Origin: Podarcis liolepis
Taxonomy: Eukaryota
DNA: 64,000 nucleotides
Direction: 5' to 3' (one strand)
NCBI GenBank assembly: GCA_965112155.1
Contig: OZ218105.1
The translations under genes were made by a program, and so were the position numbers. The notes below the pieces were generated by a model, which ran no database searches, was not told the origin of the DNA, and saw only the letters and a list, made by a program, of their open reading frames with translations. Position 1 is the stretch's first letter; each line of letters begins with the position of its first letter. Below, piece by piece: positions 45,428 to 56,551 of this stretch.

Positions 45428-46246
45428 TGTGATGGACAGCAGAGCCAGACCAGAGTCTGGTGGTGCAGTACCTCAGAATTCCACCAGAGGGCTGGAGCCT
45501 CTCTCTGATTGGCTACCATGACAGCGAAGCCAGAGGGGGTGGAGAATAAAAGGACCCGTTTCTGAGGGAGTGGTTAGATGGAGATGGAGATGGAGATGAG
45601 TTGGTTTAAGAGGAGCTTACTGGAGGGCTGAGTTTGAGCCAGGAGAAATAGAAGCTGTGAGGAGGATACGGACTATTTGGGTCTCATTTCACTCAGGAGG
45701 AGAGTGATCTTCTAGATAGAAAAGAATCCCAAGCCAGTTAAGAGGGGTGTGGTGATCCCCTGCGTCTGTTTACTGCTAGAAGTATTTCAGGAGTGTGATT
45801 GATAAAAGGTTGGAAGACTGACAGAAAGTACCACCTTGTTTAAGAACCAAAGTATTAAGCTGTAACACCCATGCAACAACTAAGTTAAGAAACTGAAGTG
45901 AAATAACTCAAAATAATGCTAACCTCCATTAGATTGAGTACTATTATCAACAGGTTGAATGTTTACTGAACGAACATTATCTGCTGATACATCCTTTGTT
46001 TTAATCACTTTGTTCTGTTAAATATTGCTCATTTGATCAACTTCTACCTGAGTCTCCAAGTATCTAATTTCCCCCTCACACTAAATCCAAAAAGATAACC
46101 TGTGGTGGTTGAAAATATATATATTATAGAGTGGGTATGTAGGTGGGATCTGCCGCAATTGTTATACAATGGTGGGATCCGTTACATAATTAGTATACAG
46201 CAGTGGGATCTGCTACATTTTGGTGGCAGTGGTGGGATCTGCTATA
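45428..46246 (+). mobile_element. Solo LTR (Gypsy-like) with tandem PBS-like units at its 3' end
   Basis: Starts TGTGA, ends GCTATA (likely from …CA); 5-bp TSD GCAGG (45423-45427 / 46247-46251); flanks rejoin into sequence homologous to 9420-9560. Confidence 0.7.
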
Positions 46247-47124
46247 GCAGGCTTTCCCTTGAGCTGTAGTTGGAAAAACGAAGGACATTGCAGGTGTCCT
46301 TTCCAACCAAATCTAAAAAGCTTCTGCTTCTGATCTTTAAAATCTGTTGTGAAAGTGGACTACTGGGTCCTCCAGAGATTTTTAAATTGTTCTGAAATAT
46401 ATTTATACTCCTTATCAGAGTGCTGACTGAGCTATAGAATTATTTTACATGCCAAGTTAAAATCCCCTGCTTCCTAATTTAAAGTGACATTCTGTCACTC
46501 TTTAATTGACAATGACAGGATTCCTAAATTCTTTTGTAACCTTCTCACAATCACTAATAACACCCATCAAGCACCAGCCGCTCACATTTCAGAAGCAAGT
46601 CCTGGCATCTCCATCCCTGAACCTCAAAATAAGTTTTAGATCTTTGTAGAGACGCATGTCCTGAGCAAACAAAGTAATCTTAAAAAATAAATAAATCTTG
46701 ATTTGTTGTTTTTTCACTGATCACTGGCGTAATAATTGCAGAAAAACAAACATACACAAAATGAAAAAGGGTTTTTTGTTTATTTGAAAAAAAATATTTT
46801 TTAAAAAAAATATTCATTTGTTTTTTACTTGATGTTGTGCTTTTGCAGAAAGGTAAAAGAGATAAAAGAACATCTTTCATATTTTCTTCTTATTTTGTGA
46901 CTGTAGAATAATATCAATGTGGAAATGTGATCATCCCTGCCCTTTAGGAGCTCGTTTTTCTCTCCATTCATTTCATAGAATTGGTATTAACCATTAAACT
47001 CCTAGGTTATCAGAAGGAAGGCTTCCACCACCTGCCTCATCAGCTGCCTGTCTTGCTCTCTTCATTCAGGGGGCACAATTGCACGTGACACAGTCTCAGC
47101 CATTCCCTGTGGTGAGTCTCTCAC

Positions 47125-47382
47125 TGTTAAGTTGTGGGTGAACATATCAGACGACACAGCGATTCTTCAAACAGCTCTTGTTTATTCACAGTCCAGAACA
47201 GAACTGAACTGAAAGGTTCAGCCAGCCTGCTTATATAGAGCTCCACTAGAACGCAACAGTAACCATTTTCTGTAACTATCCAATCACTGAACGTCACTTT
47301 CAATCCCTTATTTGCATATGTGGACCTGAACTATCTACAGTATCCCCCTGCTGGCCCAGGGTGAGAACTTCAGTACATAACA
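47125..47382 (-). mobile_element. Short solo LTR (Copia-like), copy 1
   Basis: TGTTA…TAACA termini; 5-bp TSD CTCAC; minus-strand octamer, CCAAT, TATA and AATAAA in LTR order. Confidence 0.85.
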
Positions 47383-48965
47383 CTCACCACCTGTGAAACT
47401 CCATTATTTAGTCTGTTCTCACCAGACAATATGCAGAGAAGTTTTTTTAAAAAAATTAAATCTAGATTATCACTCTCCACACATTTTCACCATTAATGGG
47501 GGGGGGGGGAGGCAGATATTCAGCAATGATGGAGGGCTTCTTACATTTTCAAGGTGAATAAGAGTTTGTCTGTCTGACTGACTTTCTTTCACAAAAACAA
47601 AGAGGGCTCACTGCTGCTTCAGATTGGGGCTTGGCTTCTTTCCTGGGACAGAATCTACCTCAGAATCACACTACATCATGATGTAGCATCATTCCCAGCG
47701 TGGGGGAAATATGGGGGTCAGCTATGCACTCCCTCAAGAACACCCCTGGGAATTACTTATCATTATTTTTACTCGTTTGTTTATTGATTAAAAATGGCAC
47801 TGCTTAATATAAAAAGACACCTCTGAGCAGTCTACATAAGAGGCAATCAGGAAAAAATAAATATGATTGCATACGAGAAAGCAACAGCCAAATAAAACTG
47901 CTGGAAAGCTAAATAAAAACAACATAAAACGTGGCTCCTTACCTGCAGCTGCAATTATTATTTCAAAAATAACAATAAATGGAAAAAAATAAAGCAAAAT
48001 AAGAGCCCCCCCCCCAAAGCCCACTTCTCAAATAAGACTGGGAAAGTACAAGTTTGTGCAGATTCCTACTGATGATTTGAAAAAAATCCCGAGTCAAAGA
48101 TATTTCCCCATCTATCCTTTGAAAGATGTCAGAAGGTGGATCCAGCAGAGCTACACAGCAGGACACATCTAGGTACCCCATATGACTAGGAACCCTGCAC
48201 TAGCAAAATCTGAAGTCATGTGGAGCACCTAAGCACACACACCATTCCACGTGCAGGTGCCCATTTTCAGACCTTCAGCACTGTGGCTGGAGAAGATGCA
48301 GATGGACCAGAAGCACACAGTCATGTCAGTGTCACAACCAGCAACATGATCCCATTCCATCCTCCAAATGTAGAGTGAACCCAGAGGAATGGTTTGCAGT
48401 GGGTTGGAGTGATTATTTAATAAATAAGCTTTCATTTGCTTTTGCCTGCTTATCAGATGGATGTGTCATGTCTGCTGATGTTTTAGAGAGAGAGTTCCAA
48501 GTTTATGTAGCTCTGAACTCATAGAGGTATGCATTTCATCGTCATACCTCTTATAACGTCTGTGGCAGCAGACATTTCCATATTTTCCAAGAAAGGACCA
48601 GAGACCACCAAGATGGGAGTGGGTGAGCAGGTGAGATTATTCAATCATATTTGACTCTTCATATTAGGGATCAAGCACAGCCTAGAATTTTCATTTAGAT
48701 TTTGCTGTCTTGTGCAGCTGTACTGCCCAAGAACTCGTCTGCATTCCTGATCATCTTTGTTTCAGAGTACTTTACTTGGAGAGCAAGGATTGTGCAATTT
48801 TCCTGGGGGGACTGGAGGGATGTCAGCCTATTTTATGGAAGTGATTCTTTGGAGACAGCAATACTTTATCTAATTCTTTCACATCTTTAGAGGGTTCAGT
48901 GCAGGCAGTGCTGCAGTTACCTGGGAAACAAAGGAGAGACTGGTAGAAACCCGGCCAAAGTTCTA

Positions 48966-49990
48966 GGGGAAGGGCTGTAGTTCAGTGGTAGAACACTTGC
49001 TTTGTAGACAGAAGGTCCCTGGTTCAATCTACACTGGCATCTCCAGGCAGGGTGAGAAGAAACCCCTGCCTTGAAAACTGGCTGTCAGTCATTGTAGCCT
49101 GTAGACAATGACTGCTCCCCGCTTAAAATGGGGGGCGCCCTTTGCGTGGACGCGTGCAGCCCCTAGATCTGGAGCGGCTCCAACAGCACAGGCTTGGCTT
49201 TGCCTTCTCTCAGGTGGGATACCTGGAGGTCTCCGCCTACCTCAGTCAGTTGTCCAATCCCACCTGGGGGAAGCGTTGCCAAGGAGACCAGGCCAGGTAG
49301 GGGAGGGATTACCTGCCCACACAATAGAGGGAGGATCTTACCTAGGAATCCTCACTTGGCTCCAGAGCTTCTCCCACCCTACCCACCCTCAGTTAATGCC
49401 TTATTTTGCAGGTTAACTTTTCTTCACAGGTATGCGGGCGCTGCTACGTTAAGGTCGCTGTTAAAGGGCCGGAAAGGAATTTCCCTGCATTGGCAGGTTT
49501 CGCCTTTCCCGTAGCAAAACGTCACATCTTTGGCGGTATCAGGCCTTGGGCGGAATCCTTTTGTCCATCTTCCTCTTGCGGCAGCGATACCAGGGTTCCC
49601 CGTTAAAGGGGTTTTCTGAAGGGAGGCTTTGGCCGTACACCGAAAGGTCGTCATTGCTCTCTCCTGCGGCGGCGGCGTTACGGGGGCGGCCATCTCTGCT
49701 TGAACATATGTTCTCCAGAGCCGGCCCATGCCCCCCCACACACTGGATAACCCTGATGCTCCCTAGGTCCCCGGCTGGGGACTGGGGAGGGAGAACGCCC
49801 AATGCCTGAGCCAAGGTCTACCCACATTTGAAATTTAATAAAGTTGTGGCCAATTTAATCCCATAGCACGTTGTCTTGAGTCGTTATTCCACATGACGGG
49901 GGGACCGTGCAGGATCTGGGGACTCCGCCTGTCCACGCAATACTGAGCTGTATGGACCAATAGTCTGAGTCAATATGTTCCTATGTTTCC
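48966..49990 (+). mobile_element. tRNA-derived SINE split by a younger insertion (halves 48966-49109 and 49938-49990)
   Basis: A box TAGTTCAGTGG, B box GGTTCAATC; the halves rejoin as GTAGACAATACTGAGC; 3' TTCCTATG-type tail. Confidence 0.7.
49110..49937. mobile_element. ~830-bp CpG-rich insertion, possibly a DIRS/Ngaro-type LTR remnant
   Basis: Flanked by duplicated CAAT; imperfect inverted repeat TTGCGTGGAC (49142) / GTCCACGCAA (49931); AATAAAGTTGTGGCC near the right end. The insertion is clear; the class is uncertain. Confidence 0.5.
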
Positions 49991-50451
49991 TTGTGGCTTA
50001 CAGTGGCTTGGGTCAGAGTCCTCTTGCTCAAATGAAACCAAATAGGTGCTCACACATATTAGTGAAAGGAAAGATTCATAAGATTCAAAGAATATACAAC
50101 TGAAAGCTTAGGATGGTTCCACTACATGTGCATCAAGTATGACAGCTGCAATAAAAGTGTGAATTATATATCTCCTTTAATGTAATTGCATGTCTAAACA
50201 TTGTGTATAGGTATCTAATCAGGTTTCATACATGCATCTATATACACTAACAGTTATATGCAAAAAGTCTCACATAAAAGCTCAACGATACATGTGAAAG
50301 AATCGTCTTGAATAAGTGATGGGTGGAAGAAAGAGGAGGTAGGGAATAGAAAAAGTGAAACAGCTAGAAAGATGGCAGGTGCTGAGTGATTTGATTTTTA
50401 TTTTTTTTTGCACAAATCTCCAAATCCAATTTTCAGTCAAGCTACTATGAA

Positions 50452-52956
50452 TCATTTCAACACAGAATAATATGGAGATAAATGAGAAATGATCTCATTT
50501 TTTCTATTTGTATTAAAAACACTAATCTCTCTCACCTGTTCCACTGGCTTCCTGCTCTCCAAAGCATCAGGAATATCTTGGGAAGCAGACGGAGGGGTCT
50601 GGTTCACATTGAGGTTTGGGTCCCCCACAGAAAAAACAGGAATGAGGGGCCTGAGGAATCTGAACTCGCTGCTCAAGGACCCACCGGTTAAGCAAACGTC
50701 GTAGTGGTAACTCCTGGAAAGAGACCCGCTCTGAGAATCGCCACCGTTCTCTGGGATGTCGGGTCTGGCAGGTGGGAAGTGAGGAGGGGCAGCGATAAAA
50801 CTTTCCCTGGGATCCCTCCTGCAGATCTTGATGGCAGCAAAGGAAACAATGCAAACAAGGAACACAAAGGAGACTGCAGCCAGGCAGATCACCAAGTACA
50901 AGGTCAAGGTCCCATCTTCTTCGTGCTCCTCTTTCCTGACCTCCACAGCCTTCATATAAGGATCCGAAAAGCCACCCACGGGAAGGACATGGAGCATGGC
51001 AGTGCTGCTCTGGGGAGGGAGCCCGTTGTCCCTGACCACTATCAGGAGTCTCTGCTTGCTGGTGTCTCGCTCGCTCAGGGCTCTCCTGGTTCTCACTTCC
51101 CCATTCTGGGCTCCTATGCTGAAAAGACCAGGGTCTGTGGCCTTCAGCAGCTCATAGGAAAGCCACGAGTTCTGGCCAGAATCTCCATCCACAGCCACCA
51201 CCTTGGTGACCAGGTAGCCGGCCTCCACCGACTTGGGCACCAGCTCATTGCAGGGGGATGTGCTGTTCTGAAGAGGGTAGAGGAAGAAGGGAGCGTTGTC
51301 GTTTTCGTCTATGATTACGACTCGGACAGTAACTTCTGAGCTGAGCGGCGGAGACCCTCCATCTGTAGCCCTCACCGTCACTTTGAAATCTTTGATCTGC
51401 TCGTAATCCAGAGATCGGAGGGCATACAGATTTCCGCTTTCAGAGTTGACTGAGATGTAAGAGGCCACAAGGCCATCAGTGACCTTCCCAGGCAAAAGGG
51501 AGTAGGTGACCTTGGCATTCTTCTCAGTGTCCAGATCAGCAGCACGGACTGAGCCAATGAGCAATCCTGGAATATTGTTTTCCCGTATCTGCATTTCACA
51601 TGAAGACGTTTCAAATACTGGAGGGTTGTCGTTGACATCTGAGATCTGAACATTAATAACTCTTGTTGAAGTCAGCCTGGGGGAGCCTTGGTCAATGGCT
51701 GTGATGGTGATATTATACTCTGAGACCTTCTCTCTGTCCAAGGGACTTTGGACCACAAGCTGGTAATAGTTATCCATTGTGCGTTTTAAAATAAAAGGAA
51801 GATTTACCTCCACAGAGCACACGGTTCTGCCATTGTCTCCGGAGTCTCGGTCTACGACACTGAAGAGAGCCACAAGTGTCTCCAGGGGAGAATCCTCTGC
51901 CAAAGGACTAGTGATGGATATGATGGACACTTCAGGGACATTGTCATTCACATCCTCAATCTCTACCAAAACCTTGCAGTGCCCTGAAAGGCCCCCTCCA
52001 TCTGTTGCTCTAATTTTCATGTCATACCTGGTTTCTTTTTCAAAATCAACTTGACTTAAAACAGTGATTTCCCCAGTGATTTCATTTAGGTGGAACAAAT
52101 TGTTTATTTTTTCAGGCATCCGGTGGAATGAGTAGGTGATCTGTGCATTTGAACCGAAATCCAAATCTGTAGCTTCCACTTTGGAGACCAGAGTGCCCTG
52201 TGGGCTGTTTTCCTTTAACTTTACTTTATATTCAGAATAAGTAAACTGTGGGGAATTATCATTGATGTCAAGAACATCAATATTTATTTTAACTGTCCCT
52301 GTTCTCTGTGGCTCCCCTCCATCCACAGCTGTGAGAGTCAGTCCAAAGTGTGAGTCCTTCTCCCTGTCCAGTGGCTTCTCCAGGACAAGATCCACATGCT
52401 TGGTTCCATCCTCTTCACTTTTAACATCAAGGCGGAAATGCTCATTGGGACTGAGAGTGTAGTTTTGGATGTTATTTATCCCCAGGTCCTCATCTTGGGC
52501 AGATTCCAATGGGAAATGTGTATTTGGAGAGACATTTTCAGGAATTTCCAGATCAAATTCCTTTGTAGAGAATTTGGGAACATTGTCATTCACATCTTCT
52601 ATCTTGACTACAATACTGTGGAGCTCTAATGGGTTTTCCAGCACAATTTGTGAGAGAAGCAAGCAAGGATCAGTCTGGCCACATAAAGCTTCTCGGTCTA
52701 TTTTTTCGCTTATCAACAGATCCCCAGAGTGAGTATCAAGGTGGAAATATTGCTTAGCGCTTTTGGACACTAGCTGGGCTCTGCGAGCAGAGAGCTCCCC
52801 TGTTCCCAATTTCAAATCCTGCAGCACATTAGCCACCAAAGACCCAGTTTTCTTTTCTTCAGGCACAGAATAATGACTTGAAACACACCATGCTCCAGGA
52901 AAACAAAGGAAAAGGAAAAGATACAGACCTTGTTTTCTCCTGAAGCAGTCTCCCAT
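50452..52956 (-). CDS. PCDHB: Clustered protocadherin, beta-type, divergent subfamily A member (gene 9)
   Basis: 834-aa ORF; donor CAG|GTGAGA at 50536/50535. Confidence 0.93.
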   Translation of the reverse strand: MGDCFRRKQGLYLFLFLCFPGAWCVSSHYSVPEEKKTGSLVANVLQDLKLGTGELSARRAQLVSKSAKQYFHLDTHSGDLLISEKIDREALCGQTDPCLLLSQIVLENPLELHSIVVKIEDVNDNVPKFSTKEFDLEIPENVSPNTHFPLESAQDEDLGINNIQNYTLSPNEHFRLDVKSEEDGTKHVDLVLEKPLDREKDSHFGLTLTAVDGGEPQRTGTVKINIDVLDINDNSPQFTYSEYKVKLKENSPQGTLVSKVEATDLDFGSNAQITYSFHRMPEKINNLFHLNEITGEITVLSQVDFEKETRYDMKIRATDGGGLSGHCKVLVEIEDVNDNVPEVSIISITSPLAEDSPLETLVALFSVVDRDSGDNGRTVCSVEVNLPFILKRTMDNYYQLVVQSPLDREKVSEYNITITAIDQGSPRLTSTRVINVQISDVNDNPPVFETSSCEMQIRENNIPGLLIGSVRAADLDTEKNAKVTYSLLPGKVTDGLVASYISVNSESGNLYALRSLDYEQIKDFKVTVRATDGGSPPLSSEVTVRVVIIDENDNAPFFLYPLQNSTSPCNELVPKSVEAGYLVTKVVAVDGDSGQNSWLSYELLKATDPGLFSIGAQNGEVRTRRALSERDTSKQRLLIVVRDNGLPPQSSTAMLHVLPVGGFSDPYMKAVEVRKEEHEEDGTLTLYLVICLAAVSFVFLVCIVSFAAIKICRRDPRESFIAAPPHFPPARPDIPENGGDSQSGSLSRSYHYDVCLTGGSLSSEFRFLRPLIPVFSVGDPNLNVNQTPPSASQDIPDALESRKPVEQVREISVFNTNRKNEIISHLSPYYSVLK

Positions 52957-53202
52957 GGTTCAAGGTTTGCCTCTTCAATTTCTGGCCAATATATACACTT
53001 TCTGACTCTCATCCAGTGACCATCTCTGCTGTTGGGGAAGTAAATTTGGTGCTGCAGTGCTGATGGCTTTGCTGTACTGAATGTTATATATTTTCTCACA
53101 GACCGTCTTCTTAGCTGTCTTCTTGTTTCAAATATTCCTGTGATCTTCCGGAGGGATTTTTCACAAAACAAAATCCTGAGTTCCAGTCAATGCATATGCC
53201 TC

Positions 53203-53221
53203 TGCTGCCACCATGTGGCTG
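53203..53221 (-). promoter_or_regulatory. CSE / CTCF-type motif, gene 9
   Basis: CAGCCACATGGTGGCAGCA; good CTCF match in a diverged promoter. Confidence 0.8.
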
Positions 53222-53317
53222 AATAATAATAAAAAAGGCAGCTATACAGCAGTTCAAAAGTGCAGGTTAGATGTAATTCCAAGGGTGATGTTAGGAACCC
53301 CATTCTAATGGCATGTG

Positions 53318-53454
53318 TATACCCGCCAACATTTCTCCAATGAAAGTAGGGTCATCCCAAGGAAAAGTGGGACATTCTGGGAAAAAATCAGAAACCAGGA
53401 CGGTTTTTCTAAATCAGGGCTGTTCCTGGAAAATAGGGAAACTTGGAGGGTCTG
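53318..53454. mobile_element. MITE / non-autonomous DNA transposon
   Basis: Imperfect TIRs (TATACCCGCCAAC … CTTGGAGGGTCTG); flanking direct repeat CATGTG. Confidence 0.55.
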
Positions 53455-53599
53455 CATGTGGGGTAACAGAGATGTTTTCTAGCCCCTCTGTTTTTTAATA
53501 TTTATTTGAATGATCTCTTTCCTGAACTATATGCTCAAGTGTACCACTTGCCTATATTGACTGGTACAGAAATGTCATTGGTTCTATATACAGATCATG

Positions 53600-53953
53600 T
53601 CCCTGTGGAGATGGCAGTACTGAATCGGTGGCGCATGCCCTTCTGGCTTGCACTCTTTATGAAGACTTGAGAGACGAGGTTATCACCCCTCTTTTATTGT
53701 GCATTCTGGGTCACCCAGCCACTGCCACAGTGTCCTTTCTCTTGGCAGATCAAGATGAGCAGGTGACAGCAAAGGTTGCAAGGTTTTTAGCTGGGGCAAA
53801 TGGAATATGATTTGACTACTATTTGACTACTGATTCAAAACCCTAAAATGTATTTGATATAATTGACTTTTCATTTCTATTCTATGTATAGAGTATTGTT
53901 GTTTTGTTGTGATGGCCAATGGCTGATGCAAATAAAGATACATTCGTTCATTC
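53600..53953 (+). mobile_element. Non-LTR retrotransposon 3' fragment with CCHC motif
   Basis: Encodes CPCGDGSTESVAHALLAC; AATAAA and (CATT)n-like tail; 14-bp TSD ATATACAGATCATG at 53586-53599 and 53954-53967. Confidence 0.8.
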
Positions 53954-55457
53954 ATATACAGATCATGCTGTACTACCCTTCACAACTTTAGGTGAATCTG
54001 AAAAGACTGAAGTCTAAATTCTCAAGCTACTGCAAGACAGAGCAGTTGGCAGTCAACTATGATAAAACAAAAAGTGATTATTTTTCCAAAGAAAAATATA
54101 AATGAGCCATCAGTGAGCACGTAATAGTGCAAGTCAAAAATTTTAAATACTGGAATTACTTTTTGGTCCATTTTGTCCTGGTCGCATCAGATACAAAACA
54201 CTGTATTGTCTGCACTGCATAGTCTTGCTGCACTACTGAGGTTATACTATATAAAAGGCAGTCGTCATACAGCTTCAGTTTTGAAGGTGTACAAAGCCAA
54301 AGTGTTTACCAAGATTATGTATGGAGTTCAAGATTGAATGCTGGGGATTAATGAATCCTTAGACAACACAAACCACTTCTTTGAGAAACCAAGAAATACT
54401 TTTCTGTGTTCCAAGATGTGTCTCCAATGTAGTCTTACAACCGAAGCAGGCATTTGTTCTTGGAAAACAATAGCAATCAGTTCCTAGCGTTGCCTATATT
54501 TATCTTGACCACAGCAGGTTTGGGCTACCTATCCCTGGCTTTGTTTGATAAATACTTCTGTTTTTGGCTAACAACAACAACAATGGTGTTAAAACCACTG
54601 CCTGTTCACTACCCCATCTGCTGCCACTTGGGTTAACACAGACTTCAAGATCTTAACTTGCAAAATTCATTAGCCCTGACAAAAGGAGTTTGCATACCAC
54701 TTTACCTTAGTCTGCAACCTAGTAGTAATTATCAACTTGCTTGGTATTTAAATATTAAATACCCCTAGATACAAAAGGTGATTTCCAATGGCTAGGTTGG
54801 GTGCTTTGGCATCAACAGTTATACTGCTGACTTTGTATAAGTCAGCTTACAAGGCTGCTTTGGCACTTGAGAGTTTGCCCTTGCAAAAACGGTTCAGTCG
54901 AAACATCTGCTCATGTTCTCCTATACTGCATTTTATAGGGATATGAGATCCCAGTTTATCTCACCAACACTTTCTCTACATTTGGGAAATGCAGAGGAAT
55001 TCTGTATTTCAGTTTTAATGGTAGACTCCAACCCTAAGAAGAGAGGAAAATATAGCCAAGTTCCTTGTTGTAGCAATAAAAACTAGGCCACAATTAGTAA
55101 AAGGAAGATGAGTTCTTCTGAGTCAGATTGGTCTATATTTATTAGCTATTTCTGTTCAGGGATTTTGTTATTCCCTTATTTTAAAGTGCACTGTTTGTTT
55201 GCCTTTCTTACTGCTGTGGTTGTTTTTCACCCTATGGTTGTCTTGCAAATGAACAGTTTATGAAGCTCTTCTACCTTTACTTCTGATTTAGGAATGAGAG
55301 CTGCCGTCCTCAAAGCCACAAATACAAAGAAAAGGGGTGTCCAAAAGGCACTTTTCATTTTACACTCTATTTTATATTTATGGTCTGCAGACTGAAACTC
55401 GAATAAGCCTCCCCACCAATTCTGTATTCTTCGAATGGATACTCATTGAATGATATA

Positions 55458-55704
55458 TGTTAAGTTGTGGGTGAACTTATCAGACAACACAGCGATTCTT
55501 CAAACAGCTCTTGTTTATTCACAGGCCAGGACAGAACTGAGCTGAAGGGTTCAGTCAGCCTGCTTATATAGAGCTCCAGTACAGCGTAACTGTAACAATT
55601 TTCTAAAACTATCCAATCACTGAACGCCATTTTTGATCCCTTATTTGCATAACTATCTACAGTATCCCCCTGCTGGCCCAGGGTGAGTACTTCAGTACAT
55701 AGCA
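55458..55704 (-). mobile_element. Short solo LTR (Copia-like), copy 2
   Basis: Same family as 47125-47382; TG…CA termini; 5-bp TSD ATATA. Confidence 0.85.
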
Positions 55705-56551
55705 ATATACCTAACAGAAAAGGCTTTGCTTTACTGGTATTCTGTTCATAGCAGATTATTTTGCTACAAGGAAAGTACCCAGGAAATGTTTGGGGGAATT
55801 ATGATAATATACCCATAAAGATGAAGGCTTGCTTCTTGTTGAAAACCTCTCATTGCTTACATGTATTTCAGTCTGTTTCTTTTTAGTCCTGTTAAGCATA
55901 AGGAAGGGGAAGAAATTCAGTTCACCACCTAACCCACACTTCCAAAAACTATTTGAGACTTGAAACGCAACTGTCCTTCAAAATCCATACTTCTCCAAAT
56001 TTTGCAGTGCAATTTTCCAAGCAAAAAATGTGTGCGGGAATGTGTATATCAGGGAAAGTGTGAATAGAAATGCATAAACATTGCATTATATTAAGGGAAA
56101 TTGTAAACAAAAATGTGTATATTAGAATAAATGCACTTTAAAATGCTGACATTTTGTGAGCCATCCGTAAGCATGGCTCACTTTTAATCTTAGAATGTAC
56201 TATGCAGATATATTTGCTGTAACAATATGCAGCTTTTTCAAAAGAAATAAATTGTGGAGGTTCTCCCTCAGTTGCAATATTGTATATTTTCTCCAAAAAG
56301 TCTATTATATCCCTTTCAATTTTTCAGCAGTACGTCATCGACTGGCCACTTCTATTGAGAAGAGAAAGGGAACAGGATTCATAGTGATATATAAACTCAT
56401 GTAGTAAGGTATCACATAATCACATAATGTGAATGATGTGAAAGATCAATACGATATTTTTATGGAAAATACAACATAGTACTCAAACAGAAGAAAATAA
56501 GAAACTATTATTTCTGATGTTTTGAGAGGAATACTTGAGCTTAGGTTTCAT

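Noticed and set aside
46128-46246. Repeat-spacer pattern resembling a CRISPR array
   Set aside because: Vertebrate DNA, no cas genes, and spacers are short and related to each other; it lies within an LTR and is reported as PBS-like units instead.
48966-49045. tRNA-like sequence with A/B boxes (also 44209-44290)
   Set aside because: No complete cloverleaf, and it continues into a SINE body; not a tRNA gene.
49424-49814. Several overlapping 87-106 aa ORFs in the CpG-rich insert
   Set aside because: Expected from high GC content; no RT, recombinase or gag motifs.
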